DNA of 64,000 bases from a virus. Position numbers and translations under genes: made by a program. Where the stretch lies: the IMG/VR virus record IMGVR_UViG_3300032116_015700, positions 27,094 through 91,093 of that record. One strand, given 5' to 3'. Of this stretch, positions 45,699-54,289 are shown piece after piece. The number at the start of each line of letters is the position of its first letter. Positions within the stretch are counted from its first letter, which is position 1. The notes under the pieces were generated by a model. That model made no database searches, was not told the DNA's origin, and worked only from the letters and a program-made list of their open reading frames with translations.

Positions 45699-47390
45699 TT
45701 AGATTCTAGATAAATCTTTAACCAAAATCTTACCATAGAATTCAGGACGAACCATCTTCTTAGCGTAACGAGTCATAACTCCACGTCTTGGTGTGAAGTT
45801 CTGAGGGTCATACACTAATGGAGTCATAATCAATGGTACATATGGAGCGTAAACAGCACCTGTTTCCAAGAAGTTATTACCTCTGAAACCTAACAAGATT
45901 TCGTTAGAAGTCATATAAGGATTCTTATAAACAGTGTATCTGTTACTCATAGAACCTACTGCAGTTACACCAGCTGCGAATTGTAAAGCGTCTTTATCAG
46001 CGTTTACAGTGAAGCCAGGAATTGATTCCAAAATAGTACATACATCTGGAGATGCAACCAAGAAGTTAGCACCACCACGTAAAGTCAACTGATGAATCTT
46101 GTTAGATACTTTGTTGATTTTTACGCCTAATGTTTGATACCAAGAATTCTTTGTATAGTATGTATTTGCGCCAGAAGGTACTGAAGAACCCCATGCAGCT
46201 TGACCAGTTGCACCGTTGTTCAAGTATTCTTCACCAATTGTTGCTGACCAGTAATCAACAGTCAATGCGTTGCTCTTTAACATATCTAAAATTTCCAAAT
46301 CAATCTCTAAAGAGATATAATCTGATAACATAGAAGTTAATTCAGCTTCTGCATCAATTGAGTGGTAAGCGTTTAAGTCTTGCGCTAATTCAGGAGTCCA
46401 TACTGCTTTCAACTTACGAGTCTTAGCAACGATAGCCTCACTTCTTAATTCAAGATCAATTTCTGGAATATCTAAAGCAGTGATAGTTGTACCGTTTGCA
46501 GATTCATCTTCAAAATCACCTCTTACAGCTGCAGTTGGTTGTTGATGGTATTTTACAATTACATTATCGTTACCTGTAGTTGCTGCACCAGCAGAAGCAG
46601 ATACGAAGAAAATATAATTAGTACCACTTACATATGCAAACTGACCAAAGTTAGTGATTTCACCAGCTGCTGGTTTGTGATAAGGGTTAGAAGCTTCTGA
46701 ACCAGAAACTACGAATGCAGAAATACCATTTGCATCAGGTCTAGTGAAAGATGCTGCTGGTACAGTCAATTTAACGATTTGACCTGCTGCACAAGATGCA
46801 GAAAGCGCACCGTCAAATCCGATTTCAGACCAAGAAGCTGAAACGATACCAGTTGTGTGAGCGATTGTCACTGCTGAAGTTTCAGTATCATTGATTGAGA
46901 AACCATAACGGCCATTACCATAAAGACCGTTTACAGCTGCATCAGTTCTACCGAAATCGGCATCGTTTGCAGCAGAACCACCATTACCACCGAACAATGA
47001 TTTACCATTGAAACCAGGTTGTCCAGCTTGTGATGTTCCGTATTTAAAATCCAAGAAGAATACAAGACCAGAAGGTAAGTTCATTGGTTGTACACTTACG
47101 AACTCTTTCGCAGCGATTTCACCAAAAATTCTTCTTACCAATGGTAATGCAACTCCTGACCACTCTTCACTTCCACCAGAAGCGTTTCCAGTACCAGTTT
47201 GAGTAGCTTCATCAAGCAATTGTTTTGCTTGGTTTTCTAACAACACTGCCATAGAGTGTTGCTCTCTTTCTTTTAAACCTTCAAGAAGACCAGTTTTTTC
47301 CCACTTGCTTTTCAATTGACGTGTTTCAGCCAACATTACTTGTTGTGGGTTTCTGCCTTCCATAAGTTTACTTAAATCAAAATTTGCCAT
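45699..47390 (-). CDS. Major capsid protein (T4 gp23-like)
   Basis: VSVQPMNLPSGLVF, AKTRKLKAVWTPELAQDLNAYH, YAPYVPL, FTPRRGVMTRYA. Confidence 0.95.
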   Translation of the reverse strand: MANFDLSKLMEGRNPQQVMLAETRQLKSKWEKTGLLEGLKEREQHSMAVLLENQAKQLLDEATQTGTGNASGGSEEWSGVALPLVRRIFGEIAAKEFVSVQPMNLPSGLVFFLDFKYGTSQAGQPGFNGKSLFGGNGGSAANDADFGRTDAAVNGLYGNGRYGFSINDTETSAVTIAHTTGIVSASWSEIGFDGALSASCAAGQIVKLTVPAASFTRPDANGISAFVVSGSEASNPYHKPAAGEITNFGQFAYVSGTNYIFFVSASAGAATTGNDNVIVKYHQQPTAAVRGDFEDESANGTTITALDIPEIDLELRSEAIVAKTRKLKAVWTPELAQDLNAYHSIDAEAELTSMLSDYISLEIDLEILDMLKSNALTVDYWSATIGEEYLNNGATGQAAWGSSVPSGANTYYTKNSWYQTLGVKINKVSNKIHQLTLRGGANFLVASPDVCTILESIPGFTVNADKDALQFAAGVTAVGSMSNRYTVYKNPYMTSNEILLGFRGNNFLETGAVYAPYVPLIMTPLVYDPQNFTPRRGVMTRYAKKMVRPEFYGKILVKDLSRI

Positions 47391-47414
47391 TTTTTATTAT
47401 TTTTTATGGATTGT

Positions 47415-48533
47415 TTATTTTACGATACCAGCTAATTGCTTAAAGCGGTTAGCTAATTCGTTTGAGCTTTCAGCGATGATTTCTTTCTTTGGAGCTGTTG
47501 TAGCTTGTGGCTTAGAAGCAAACCCTTCGGTCATTGTCTTCTTAGCTGCTACTTTTCTTTCAGTACCAGTGAACTTCATGCTTTCTGCTAAAGTTGCGTA
47601 AACCAATTTAACTTCTCTTACAGAAGTTGTTCTGTCTAAATTCTCAACTACTTTTACTTTTTGTTCGTTAGTTAAGTTGTAAGAACGGAACAATTTGTTT
47701 GCGAAAAGTAATTTTGCATTTAACAAATTTACTTCGTTGATAGTTGATTTCAAAGATTTGATTGCTGCATAAGCTTCTTTAAGTTCCTCAGCCATTTTCT
47801 CTTTTTCTTCGTCATGCTTTGGTTCTTCAGCTTCTTCAACTTTTTCTTCTTCGTCATCACCGTATCCCATTTCACGTAAGATTTCATCTAAATCGATTTC
47901 CTCATCATCGTGAGCTGGTTCTTCAGTTGGAACTTCTTCAGCTTCAACTGCAGGTTCAGCAGCTACTGGTTCTTCAACCGGTGCTTCTTCACCTTCTACT
48001 GCTGGTTCTTCAGCTGGAACTTCTTCCTCGCCTTCTCCTGCAATTTGTGCTTCTAATTCTTTAATGATAGCTTCTAAATCTAACTCATCTTCGTCAGACT
48101 CTTCTTCTTCACCACCGAAATCATCAGCATCTTCTTCACCTTCTACTGCAAACTCTGAAGATTCTTCTACTTTTTCTTCTTCATCGTCAGCTTCGTTTAG
48201 GTCTTTAACTTTATCGTAGTCTTCTACCTCTGAACCTACTTCGCCAGATTGTTTAGAAATACCACTTAAGTCAGTGTCAGCATCGTTAGCTTTTGCTGCT
48301 GGTTGTTTGTTATCACCACCACCAATTTCACTTGATACATCGTTATTCTCTTCAACTTTATCTTCAACTTCTTCTTCTTCTTCATTCATTTCTGCCTGAA
48401 GTTTTTTTGAAAGTATAGATTGTAATCTTGGAGTAAACGCTTCTTCAAGAGCGATTTTAGCGTTAGCAATAGCAGTTTCACGCACAGCTTTAGCATCAGC
48501 GATTGCTTCTTTCAAAAGTTTTGAACTTGCCAT
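47415..48533 (-). CDS. Prohead scaffold/core protein (gp22-like); likely start at 48533 (MASSKLLKEA)
   Basis: Highly acidic centre, coiled-coil C-terminus ending RFKQLAGI; directly upstream of the capsid gene. Confidence 0.75.
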   Translation of the reverse strand: MASSKLLKEAIADAKAVRETAIANAKIALEEAFTPRLQSILSKKLQAEMNEEEEEVEDKVEENNDVSSEIGGGDNKQPAAKANDADTDLSGISKQSGEVGSEVEDYDKVKDLNEADDEEEKVEESSEFAVEGEEDADDFGGEEEESDEDELDLEAIIKELEAQIAGEGEEEVPAEEPAVEGEEAPVEEPVAAEPAVEAEEVPTEEPAHDDEEIDLDEILREMGYGDDEEEKVEEAEEPKHDEEKEKMAEELKEAYAAIKSLKSTINEVNLLNAKLLFANKLFRSYNLTNEQKVKVVENLDRTTSVREVKLVYATLAESMKFTGTERKVAAKKTMTEGFASKPQATTAPKKEIIAESSNELANRFKQLAGIVK

Positions 48534-48643
48534 TTTTTCCTTATTATTAGGATTTCTTAAGCTATTGTAATGTGAGCTTAAATAGAATTGTTTGATTGGC
48601 TTTTTGGTCACTTCTCATAAAACGAGAGTATTCATTTACCAAT

Positions 48644-48667
48644 AAAAAACGCATATAGAAATGCGTT
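48644..48667 (-). terminator. Small hairpin in the scaffold leader
   Basis: aacgcat/atgcgtt stem with an adjacent A run; lies downstream of the motif variant at 48676-48683. Confidence 0.3.
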
Positions 48668-48722
48668 ATTGTATCAATAAATATACAATAATTAACAAAA
48701 ACGTAATTTTCTAAAGAAATTT

Positions 48723-50042
48723 TTAGAAAAGATAAATGTATGATGGGTATTTATCGTCTTTTAATTTTTGACGAATTCTTTCATCTGAACATCCAAAGTG
48801 TTCTCCGGCCTCTTTAAGAGAATAAAATTGTAAACCTTCACATTCAATAATTGGAAGTTGAATATCTATTTTTGAACGATGTTGAAGTTCAATCATTTCA
48901 TCATAACTTATATCGTTACGATTTACTTTTACCCAATGACGATATGTTGGATTATTTGATTCAAAGTAATTTCTAGCTTCAGATTCTTCAATTCCCAATT
49001 TTTCTGCAACCTGTTTTGGATTCTCAAAAGGAACTCCACTAATTTCGTATTTAATTGTTGGATTAGTTTCTTCACCAATTACTTGCCAATCTTTATATTT
49101 TGATTTTGTACTTCGGCATCTTCTCTCTACTTCAGATGCAACTAAATTATTTGGGTCAATAGATATTGCAGCTTCTCTAAAACTTCTATATGATACACCA
49201 TCAACAATGCACATAAAGTTATCACCATTATTAATAACTTCGGTTGCTACATCCGGATTACCCTTTACGAATACTAATATGTTTTGATGAACCGATGCTA
49301 TTTTACGATTTCTTTCAAAATATGTATCAACCACTCTGGATGCCTGATGTTGTGAATTGAACAAAACCATATCATTATAGAAGTGCAATCCTGCTTCTTC
49401 ACACGCTCTAATTGTTTTCCAAACTAATCCTTTATACTTCCCAATCTTATAATTTCCAGTTACCGATTGTTCTCTCACTTCGGATACAACTACTGCAAAG
49501 AACCGATTATCTTTTAATTTTCTTGCAGCTTTGTTAAGAATTGAATAATACTTTTTATCAAACGAATCTTCATCCATATTTGAAAGGTCAGCCGGGTCAT
49601 CGGTATATTTCTCTAAATCATAGTAAGGTGGACAAGTAAAAACAAAGTCCTGAGTTTTATCCTGTATAGAATCAATTACCCACTCACTATCACCTTGTAT
49701 CCAATTTGGTTTTTGAGATTGTTTTTTATTTGCTTCTATTTGTTCATCGGAAAGGTCAATACCATTGTAGATAAATCCCATTTCAGTTGCAACAATACCT
49801 CTTACACTACCACCCGCAAATGGGTCTAATACTCTACCTTCTTTTGGACAGAACCACTCATACATCTTTTCACAAAGTGTTGCATCAAATATAGAAACGG
49901 TATTATCTTCCCAAAAACGGGCTCTGGATTCGGTATTCTCTCTACCTAATTCTGATTGAATATTATAGGTGTTAATCCACCATCTTTTACGTTCTTGCCA
50001 CTCTTTAGAACGAGTGTCTAAAATAGAGAAAGGTTTAATCAT
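48723..50042 (-). CDS. Amino (N4C/N6A)-type DNA methyltransferase with C-terminal NUMOD1-like repeats; likely start at 50042
   Basis: VLDPFAGGSVRG (SAM binding), FTCPPYYDLE (catalytic), three G-x-x-[Y/F]-x-S-x-x-EA-type HTH repeats. Confidence 0.8.
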   Translation of the reverse strand: MIKPFSILDTRSKEWQERKRWWINTYNIQSELGRENTESRARFWEDNTVSIFDATLCEKMYEWFCPKEGRVLDPFAGGSVRGIVATEMGFIYNGIDLSDEQIEANKKQSQKPNWIQGDSEWVIDSIQDKTQDFVFTCPPYYDLEKYTDDPADLSNMDEDSFDKKYYSILNKAARKLKDNRFFAVVVSEVREQSVTGNYKIGKYKGLVWKTIRACEEAGLHFYNDMVLFNSQHQASRVVDTYFERNRKIASVHQNILVFVKGNPDVATEVINNGDNFMCIVDGVSYRSFREAAISIDPNNLVASEVERRCRSTKSKYKDWQVIGEETNPTIKYEISGVPFENPKQVAEKLGIEESEARNYFESNNPTYRHWVKVNRNDISYDEMIELQHRSKIDIQLPIIECEGLQFYSLKEAGEHFGCSDERIRQKLKDDKYPSYIYLF

Positions 50043-50046
50043 AACA

Positions 50047-50078
50047 CAAATATACAAAAAAAGTTTGGTAATTCCAAA
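50047..50078 (-). promoter_or_regulatory. Bacteroidota sigmaA-type promoter TTTG-N20-TATATTTG
   Basis: Plus strand CAAATATA at 50047-50054 and CAAA at 50075-50078; ends 4 nt before ATG 50042. Confidence 0.6.
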
Positions 50079-50083
50079 CTTTT
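50056..50083 (-). terminator. Intrinsic terminator overlapping the host-type promoter
   Basis: aaaagtttgg/ccaaactttt stem with a U run on the minus strand. Confidence 0.6.
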
Positions 50084-50094
50084 CTTTATATTTT

Positions 50095-50958
50095 TTAATC
50101 TATATTATTAGATAACTCAACATCTTTGTATAAATTGTTGAGATATTTTTCTTCAATATCCGCTAAATTTCTTCTTCTCATAGCCAATTCTTCCGTACCC
50201 TTTTTAAGTAACGGCATCATAGCTTCTTTTTTCTTTGGGTCTTTTTCTGCAAAATATTTAGCCGCTAATGATTTTTGTTTTTCTTCTAATTCTCTAACTT
50301 TCTTTTGTACAGCTGCATATTTTACATACATTTTTGGAACTCCACCGTATAACCCCGCTTCTTTAACTACTCCTTCTGGAACACAATTTGGAACTTGCTT
50401 TCCACCTTTATTCTTCATACCAACTTGCTTGTACCCTTTCCAACAAGGACCTGCTTCATTTACTGATTCGTATTTACTCTTATTTTTAGACCAATTGATA
50501 GTTGATATAGTAGCAGCGATATTAGCTTTAAGGTTTTCTTTTTCTTTAGGATGTTTAGCTTTTGTTAATAGGTACTGCAAATTCTTAACACTTTTTTCCA
50601 TATCTCTAATTATGTCCGCTTCCCTATCCTCATTTACTTGCTCATTTGAATCACCATATTCGTGGTAGTTAGAAGCCGCTTGAGAAATATAGTTTTCTGA
50701 ATTAGTAATATGGTCTTGAATCCAAGCAGGTATCTGCTTTTCTTCTTCACCCATTTTTTGTTTTAATTCGGTTGCAGATTTAATAATAGAATCTAACTGA
50801 TTTTGAGCCATAGAAACTTCGTGGTCTTCAGAACCTTCTGCTTCATTTACAGGTTTAAATGCAGTTGCGTATGGATTAGAATAAACTTTACCATATTCAA
50901 ATTTCTTACCACCCATAGTGAAAGAACCCTTACCAGCTAAATCAGTCAAACGAATCAT
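50095..50958 (-). CDS. Mosaic probable internal head protein
   Basis: Modules EDHEVSMA...PAWIQ and PCWKGYKQVG...VPNCVP separated by VNE/VKE sites. Confidence 0.55.
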   Translation of the reverse strand: MIRLTDLAGKGSFTMGGKKFEYGKVYSNPYATAFKPVNEAEGSEDHEVSMAQNQLDSIIKSATELKQKMGEEEKQIPAWIQDHITNSENYISQAASNYHEYGDSNEQVNEDREADIIRDMEKSVKNLQYLLTKAKHPKEKENLKANIAATISTINWSKNKSKYESVNEAGPCWKGYKQVGMKNKGGKQVPNCVPEGVVKEAGLYGGVPKMYVKYAAVQKKVRELEEKQKSLAAKYFAEKDPKKKEAMMPLLKKGTEELAMRRRNLADIEEKYLNNLYKDVELSNNID

Positions 50959-50960
50959 TC

Positions 50961-51521
50961 TTATTTCTTTTTCATTGCAAGTCTTTCTCTCATTACATCA
51001 GTTGGGATGTCAGAGATTTCATAGTAACGATTTAGGATGTGACCCATATCTTCATATAGAGCATGTAATCTTTCATCCATTGCTTTTGCTTCTACAGCGA
51101 ACTTATCAAATTGCTTACCTAACTTATCCAACTCACTCATATTTCTTTTTACAGTCTGAGCATCAAACCAATCGTTAGCTTCCCTTAATGATAATTCTTT
51201 TGCAGCTTCAGTAATAGCACCTAATGTTTCGGCAATTTCAGTCATATCTGAATTACGTTTCATTTGGTCTTGGAAAGTGTTGTAAGTTGAAATGATTTCT
51301 AAAAAATGTTTTTTAACTTCTAGAGATAATTTTCTATCAGGTTGTTGTAAATTCTCTTTTATAGAAAATTTACCATCAACAATTTTTACTTCACTTAATG
51401 CCGTTTTACGAATATCGTTATATGCTTTAGGAACTTTTGTACCATAAGATTGATTTTCTTTTTTAATTGAAAATCTATTATTATGCACATAATCGTATAT
51501 ATCAAATGTTTTTTTGCTCAT
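50961..51521 (-). CDS. Hypothetical helical head-region protein
   Basis: 186-aa ORF tightly packed after the protease gene. Confidence 0.6.
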   Translation of the reverse strand: MSKKTFDIYDYVHNNRFSIKKENQSYGTKVPKAYNDIRKTALSEVKIVDGKFSIKENLQQPDRKLSLEVKKHFLEIISTYNTFQDQMKRNSDMTEIAETLGAITEAAKELSLREANDWFDAQTVKRNMSELDKLGKQFDKFAVEAKAMDERLHALYEDMGHILNRYYEISDIPTDVMRERLAMKKK

Positions 51522-51522
51522 C

Positions 51523-52116
51523 TTATACTATTTCAGTTATTATTTCTCTCATTAAATCCTGTGCTTTGCAGTAATCACCACACGCATCAGTACCAATTTG
51601 TTTTAGTGGATTTACGGACTCATTCATTGGGACCATAAATGCACCATGTGTAGATGGGTTAGAAACAAAATCCCAACCAATCAATTCAAAATCTTCTGCA
51701 ACTTCTACTTTATTTGCACCCAAAGGTCTAGTTGAACCCATTCCTCTAGATGATATACCCAATAGGATGCCCGCTTTTAATAATTCTTTTAAAATATTAC
51801 CAGATGGTGTTCCTAAAATTTCTACTGTTCCACAAAGGTCATCGCCTTCCCACCAAATTTCTTTAATATTGTGCGATACATTTTTTAAGTTAATTACAGT
51901 AGAATCTGGATGGTCTAATTCACCCAATGCTCTACGTTCTTTAATAAATTGAAGATATTTTTTAGCTTCTCTTTCTAATATTGGTTTTGGATATACTCTA
52001 CCATTTTGGTTTTCTGCTCCAGCTCTTTGTAGAACACCTTTAACCAATACTCTCCCACCCTCATCTTCTTTGAGTTTACCTTCAAATAATTGTGTTTCTA
52101 TTAAGAGTGATTTCAT
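51523..52116 (-). CDS. Prohead maturation protease (T4 gp21-like)
   Basis: NQNGRVYP, ALGELDHP, GISSRGMGS, DFVSNPS. Confidence 0.95.
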   Translation of the reverse strand: MKSLLIETQLFEGKLKEDEGGRVLVKGVLQRAGAENQNGRVYPKPILEREAKKYLQFIKERRALGELDHPDSTVINLKNVSHNIKEIWWEGDDLCGTVEILGTPSGNILKELLKAGILLGISSRGMGSTRPLGANKVEVAEDFELIGWDFVSNPSTHGAFMVPMNESVNPLKQIGTDACGDYCKAQDLMREIITEIV

Positions 52117-52117
52117 A

Positions 52118-52795
52118 TTATTTTACTTTTAAACTTTCCATTTTAGCTCTTATCTTATTAGTAATCATTCCTAGTTGAGATTTATCAACTCCCAAACTAT
52201 CAACTACTTGAGCAATTAATTGAAGTTTTTGTACACTATTTAATTTAGCATCTTTAATTTTTTCAATTGCCAATTTTAATCTTTGATTAACTGATGCGGG
52301 GATTATTGCTTTTGGTAATTCGGTTGCTACATCTTCATTGGTTTTTTTACTAGCTCTTAAATCGGCTAAATCATCACCTTCAATATCACCATCTTTATCC
52401 ACATCTAATTTGTGTTGGTTACCCGTTAGGTCTTCGTTCTTTTCACCTTTATGATTCCATGCAGAATCTATCTTATTAAAAAAGTCTTTCTTCTCATCAT
52501 CACTCATTTGTGATATTGATTTTCCAGCTTTTTCTAATGCTTTTTTAAAGAATTGTTGATATTCGGCTTCTTCAACCATTACTTCTTTTACTAATTCTTT
52601 TAATCTTTCTTTTGATATAGTTTCCTTATGCATAGGTAATCCTTTGTGTTTTGTAGATGCGAAATCTTTGGCATCTTTTTTTGTCATTGAATCTGCGGCT
52701 TTTTCAACTTCTTTAGATGGTGCATCCATGTCTCCTTTCTGTACTGCATGGACCATACCCATAAATCTTTGCTGTGCTTTTGATACTGCCGGCAT
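52118..52795 (-). CDS. Mosaic probable internal head protein (DUF3008-like N-terminus, EF-hand-like motif)
   Basis: MPAVSKAQQRFMGMV...FASTKHKGLP; LDVDKDGDIEGDDL. Confidence 0.55.
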   Translation of the reverse strand: MPAVSKAQQRFMGMVHAVQKGDMDAPSKEVEKAADSMTKKDAKDFASTKHKGLPMHKETISKERLKELVKEVMVEEAEYQQFFKKALEKAGKSISQMSDDEKKDFFNKIDSAWNHKGEKNEDLTGNQHKLDVDKDGDIEGDDLADLRASKKTNEDVATELPKAIIPASVNQRLKLAIEKIKDAKLNSVQKLQLIAQVVDSLGVDKSQLGMITNKIRAKMESLKVK

Positions 52796-52799
52796 ATTA

Positions 52800-53354
52800 T
52801 TATAATTTTCTTAATTTTTCAGTTATTCCCATTAACCTTTCTCTGATTTTATATAGAGATGCGTTTGTTCTTTTCCAGTAATCTTCTTTTTTAAGTCCAT
52901 TTTCAGTCTTAATTTTAGAATACCAATTTACAAACTTTTCTATTTCAGAAAGTTGTTTATGTATATTTGAAACACCTCTACCAACTTTTGCTTTTGGTGA
53001 AGACATTTCTCTTTTTAATTCTAACCATCTATTTTCTGCTACAATCATCCCACTAATATCTGCTATTTCTGTATCATTAATATCTTTTGTAGAAGTTGGT
53101 TTTATAGGCAATCCTTCCTTTCTACTCGCAGGCACATCTCCTAAAGCGTAATCTTTTTCGGCTTCACTTACAATAGTACCACCCGTTACACTAGCTAATC
53201 TTTTGTTCTTTTTCTTTTCTGAACCAGGTTTTGTAAATGCAGCTGGAGTATTATAACCCGCTACATCTCCGGTTACTGTCATTTCATCCAAAGTTTTTTG
53301 AATGTTTCTCTCTCTAATGTACTTACGAATAGCTTCTTTTAATCTTGCTTCCAT
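52800..53354 (-). CDS. Hypothetical head-region protein
   Basis: 184-aa ORF with LKE/LDE/VSE/VAE motifs and GYNTPAAF. Confidence 0.55.
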   Translation of the reverse strand: MEARLKEAIRKYIRERNIQKTLDEMTVTGDVAGYNTPAAFTKPGSEKKKNKRLASVTGGTIVSEAEKDYALGDVPASRKEGLPIKPTSTKDINDTEIADISGMIVAENRWLELKREMSSPKAKVGRGVSNIHKQLSEIEKFVNWYSKIKTENGLKKEDYWKRTNASLYKIRERLMGITEKLRKL

Positions 53355-54223
53355 TATTTTACTTTAGATTTAAGTTCCTTAATTAGCTCATAAGAAAGCA
53401 TAATAGATGAAACTTGAGAATCAGATACAGTCTTTCCTATTTTCATTTTTTCTAAAACGGAAATAGTTTCTGATAATTTAATTTGTGTAACTTTATCGGT
53501 TAATTTTGATTTAATACCATTTAATTCAGAAATTATTTTTGGTAATTCAATACCAACATAATCTTTAAATTTTGTTGTATTAGTAATGTTATTTATATAC
53601 TCTTTCAACAAGTTCTTTTGAGAATTATTAAGATTTGTATATTTTTTGTTGAAAGTTTCTACTAGAATCTTATAGGTAAGTAAACGTAAATCTTTGTCTT
53701 GTTGTTTATAGGATTCAATCAACTTTTTATCTTCAGCTGGTTGAATTTGTTGAGCTGGCTTAGAAGTTATATTTTCAATTAGGGTAATTTTAGAATTAAA
53801 GATATCTTTAATATCATATCCTTCCGCTCTTTTAGATTCAAATACTTTATAAATTGATGCTAGTACTTTGTAGTTAGATATAGGCGACGATAGAAATTGT
53901 TCTATTTCAAATTTTGCTGAAATTTCTTTTATAAGGTTAAATTTTTCTTTAGAAAGTATTGATTGATTTAATTTTGAATGTGCATCACACACAGTCTCTA
54001 CTAATCTATCTGCTTTTGTTTCTGAATTATACTTTTCTTTTAATAGTATATCATATAGACGTAATTCTTTGTTTAACTCCGTATTTGGAGCAAAGAATTC
54101 TGCCACGATTTTCTTTGCGTTTTCAGATTTATCTCCATTAAGAATTTCAAGAGTTATCTGTCTTACTAGAAGCTCAAATAACACTCCAGTATTCTTAAAC
54201 TTGGAATGTTTAATTTTTTTCAT
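53354..54223 (-). CDS. Hypothetical helical protein downstream of the portal
   Basis: 289 aa, KHSKFKNTGVLFELL start; promoter motif at 54264-54271. Confidence 0.6.
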   Translation of the reverse strand: MKKIKHSKFKNTGVLFELLVRQITLEILNGDKSENAKKIVAEFFAPNTELNKELRLYDILLKEKYNSETKADRLVETVCDAHSKLNQSILSKEKFNLIKEISAKFEIEQFLSSPISNYKVLASIYKVFESKRAEGYDIKDIFNSKITLIENITSKPAQQIQPAEDKKLIESYKQQDKDLRLLTYKILVETFNKKYTNLNNSQKNLLKEYINNITNTTKFKDYVGIELPKIISELNGIKSKLTDKVTQIKLSETISVLEKMKIGKTVSDSQVSSIMLSYELIKELKSKVK

Positions 54224-54289
54224 TTACTTACCCTATATTTATTCTACCCTATAAACTAACACATATAAATATAAACAAATTTTTCTTTA

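Noticed and set aside
48534-48611. ORF-track upstream starts for the scaffold (48611), methyltransferase (50057) and 162-aa protein (56562)
   Set aside because: The methyltransferase and 162-aa extensions overlap promoter motifs; the scaffold extension looks like non-coding leader; downstream ATGs fit better
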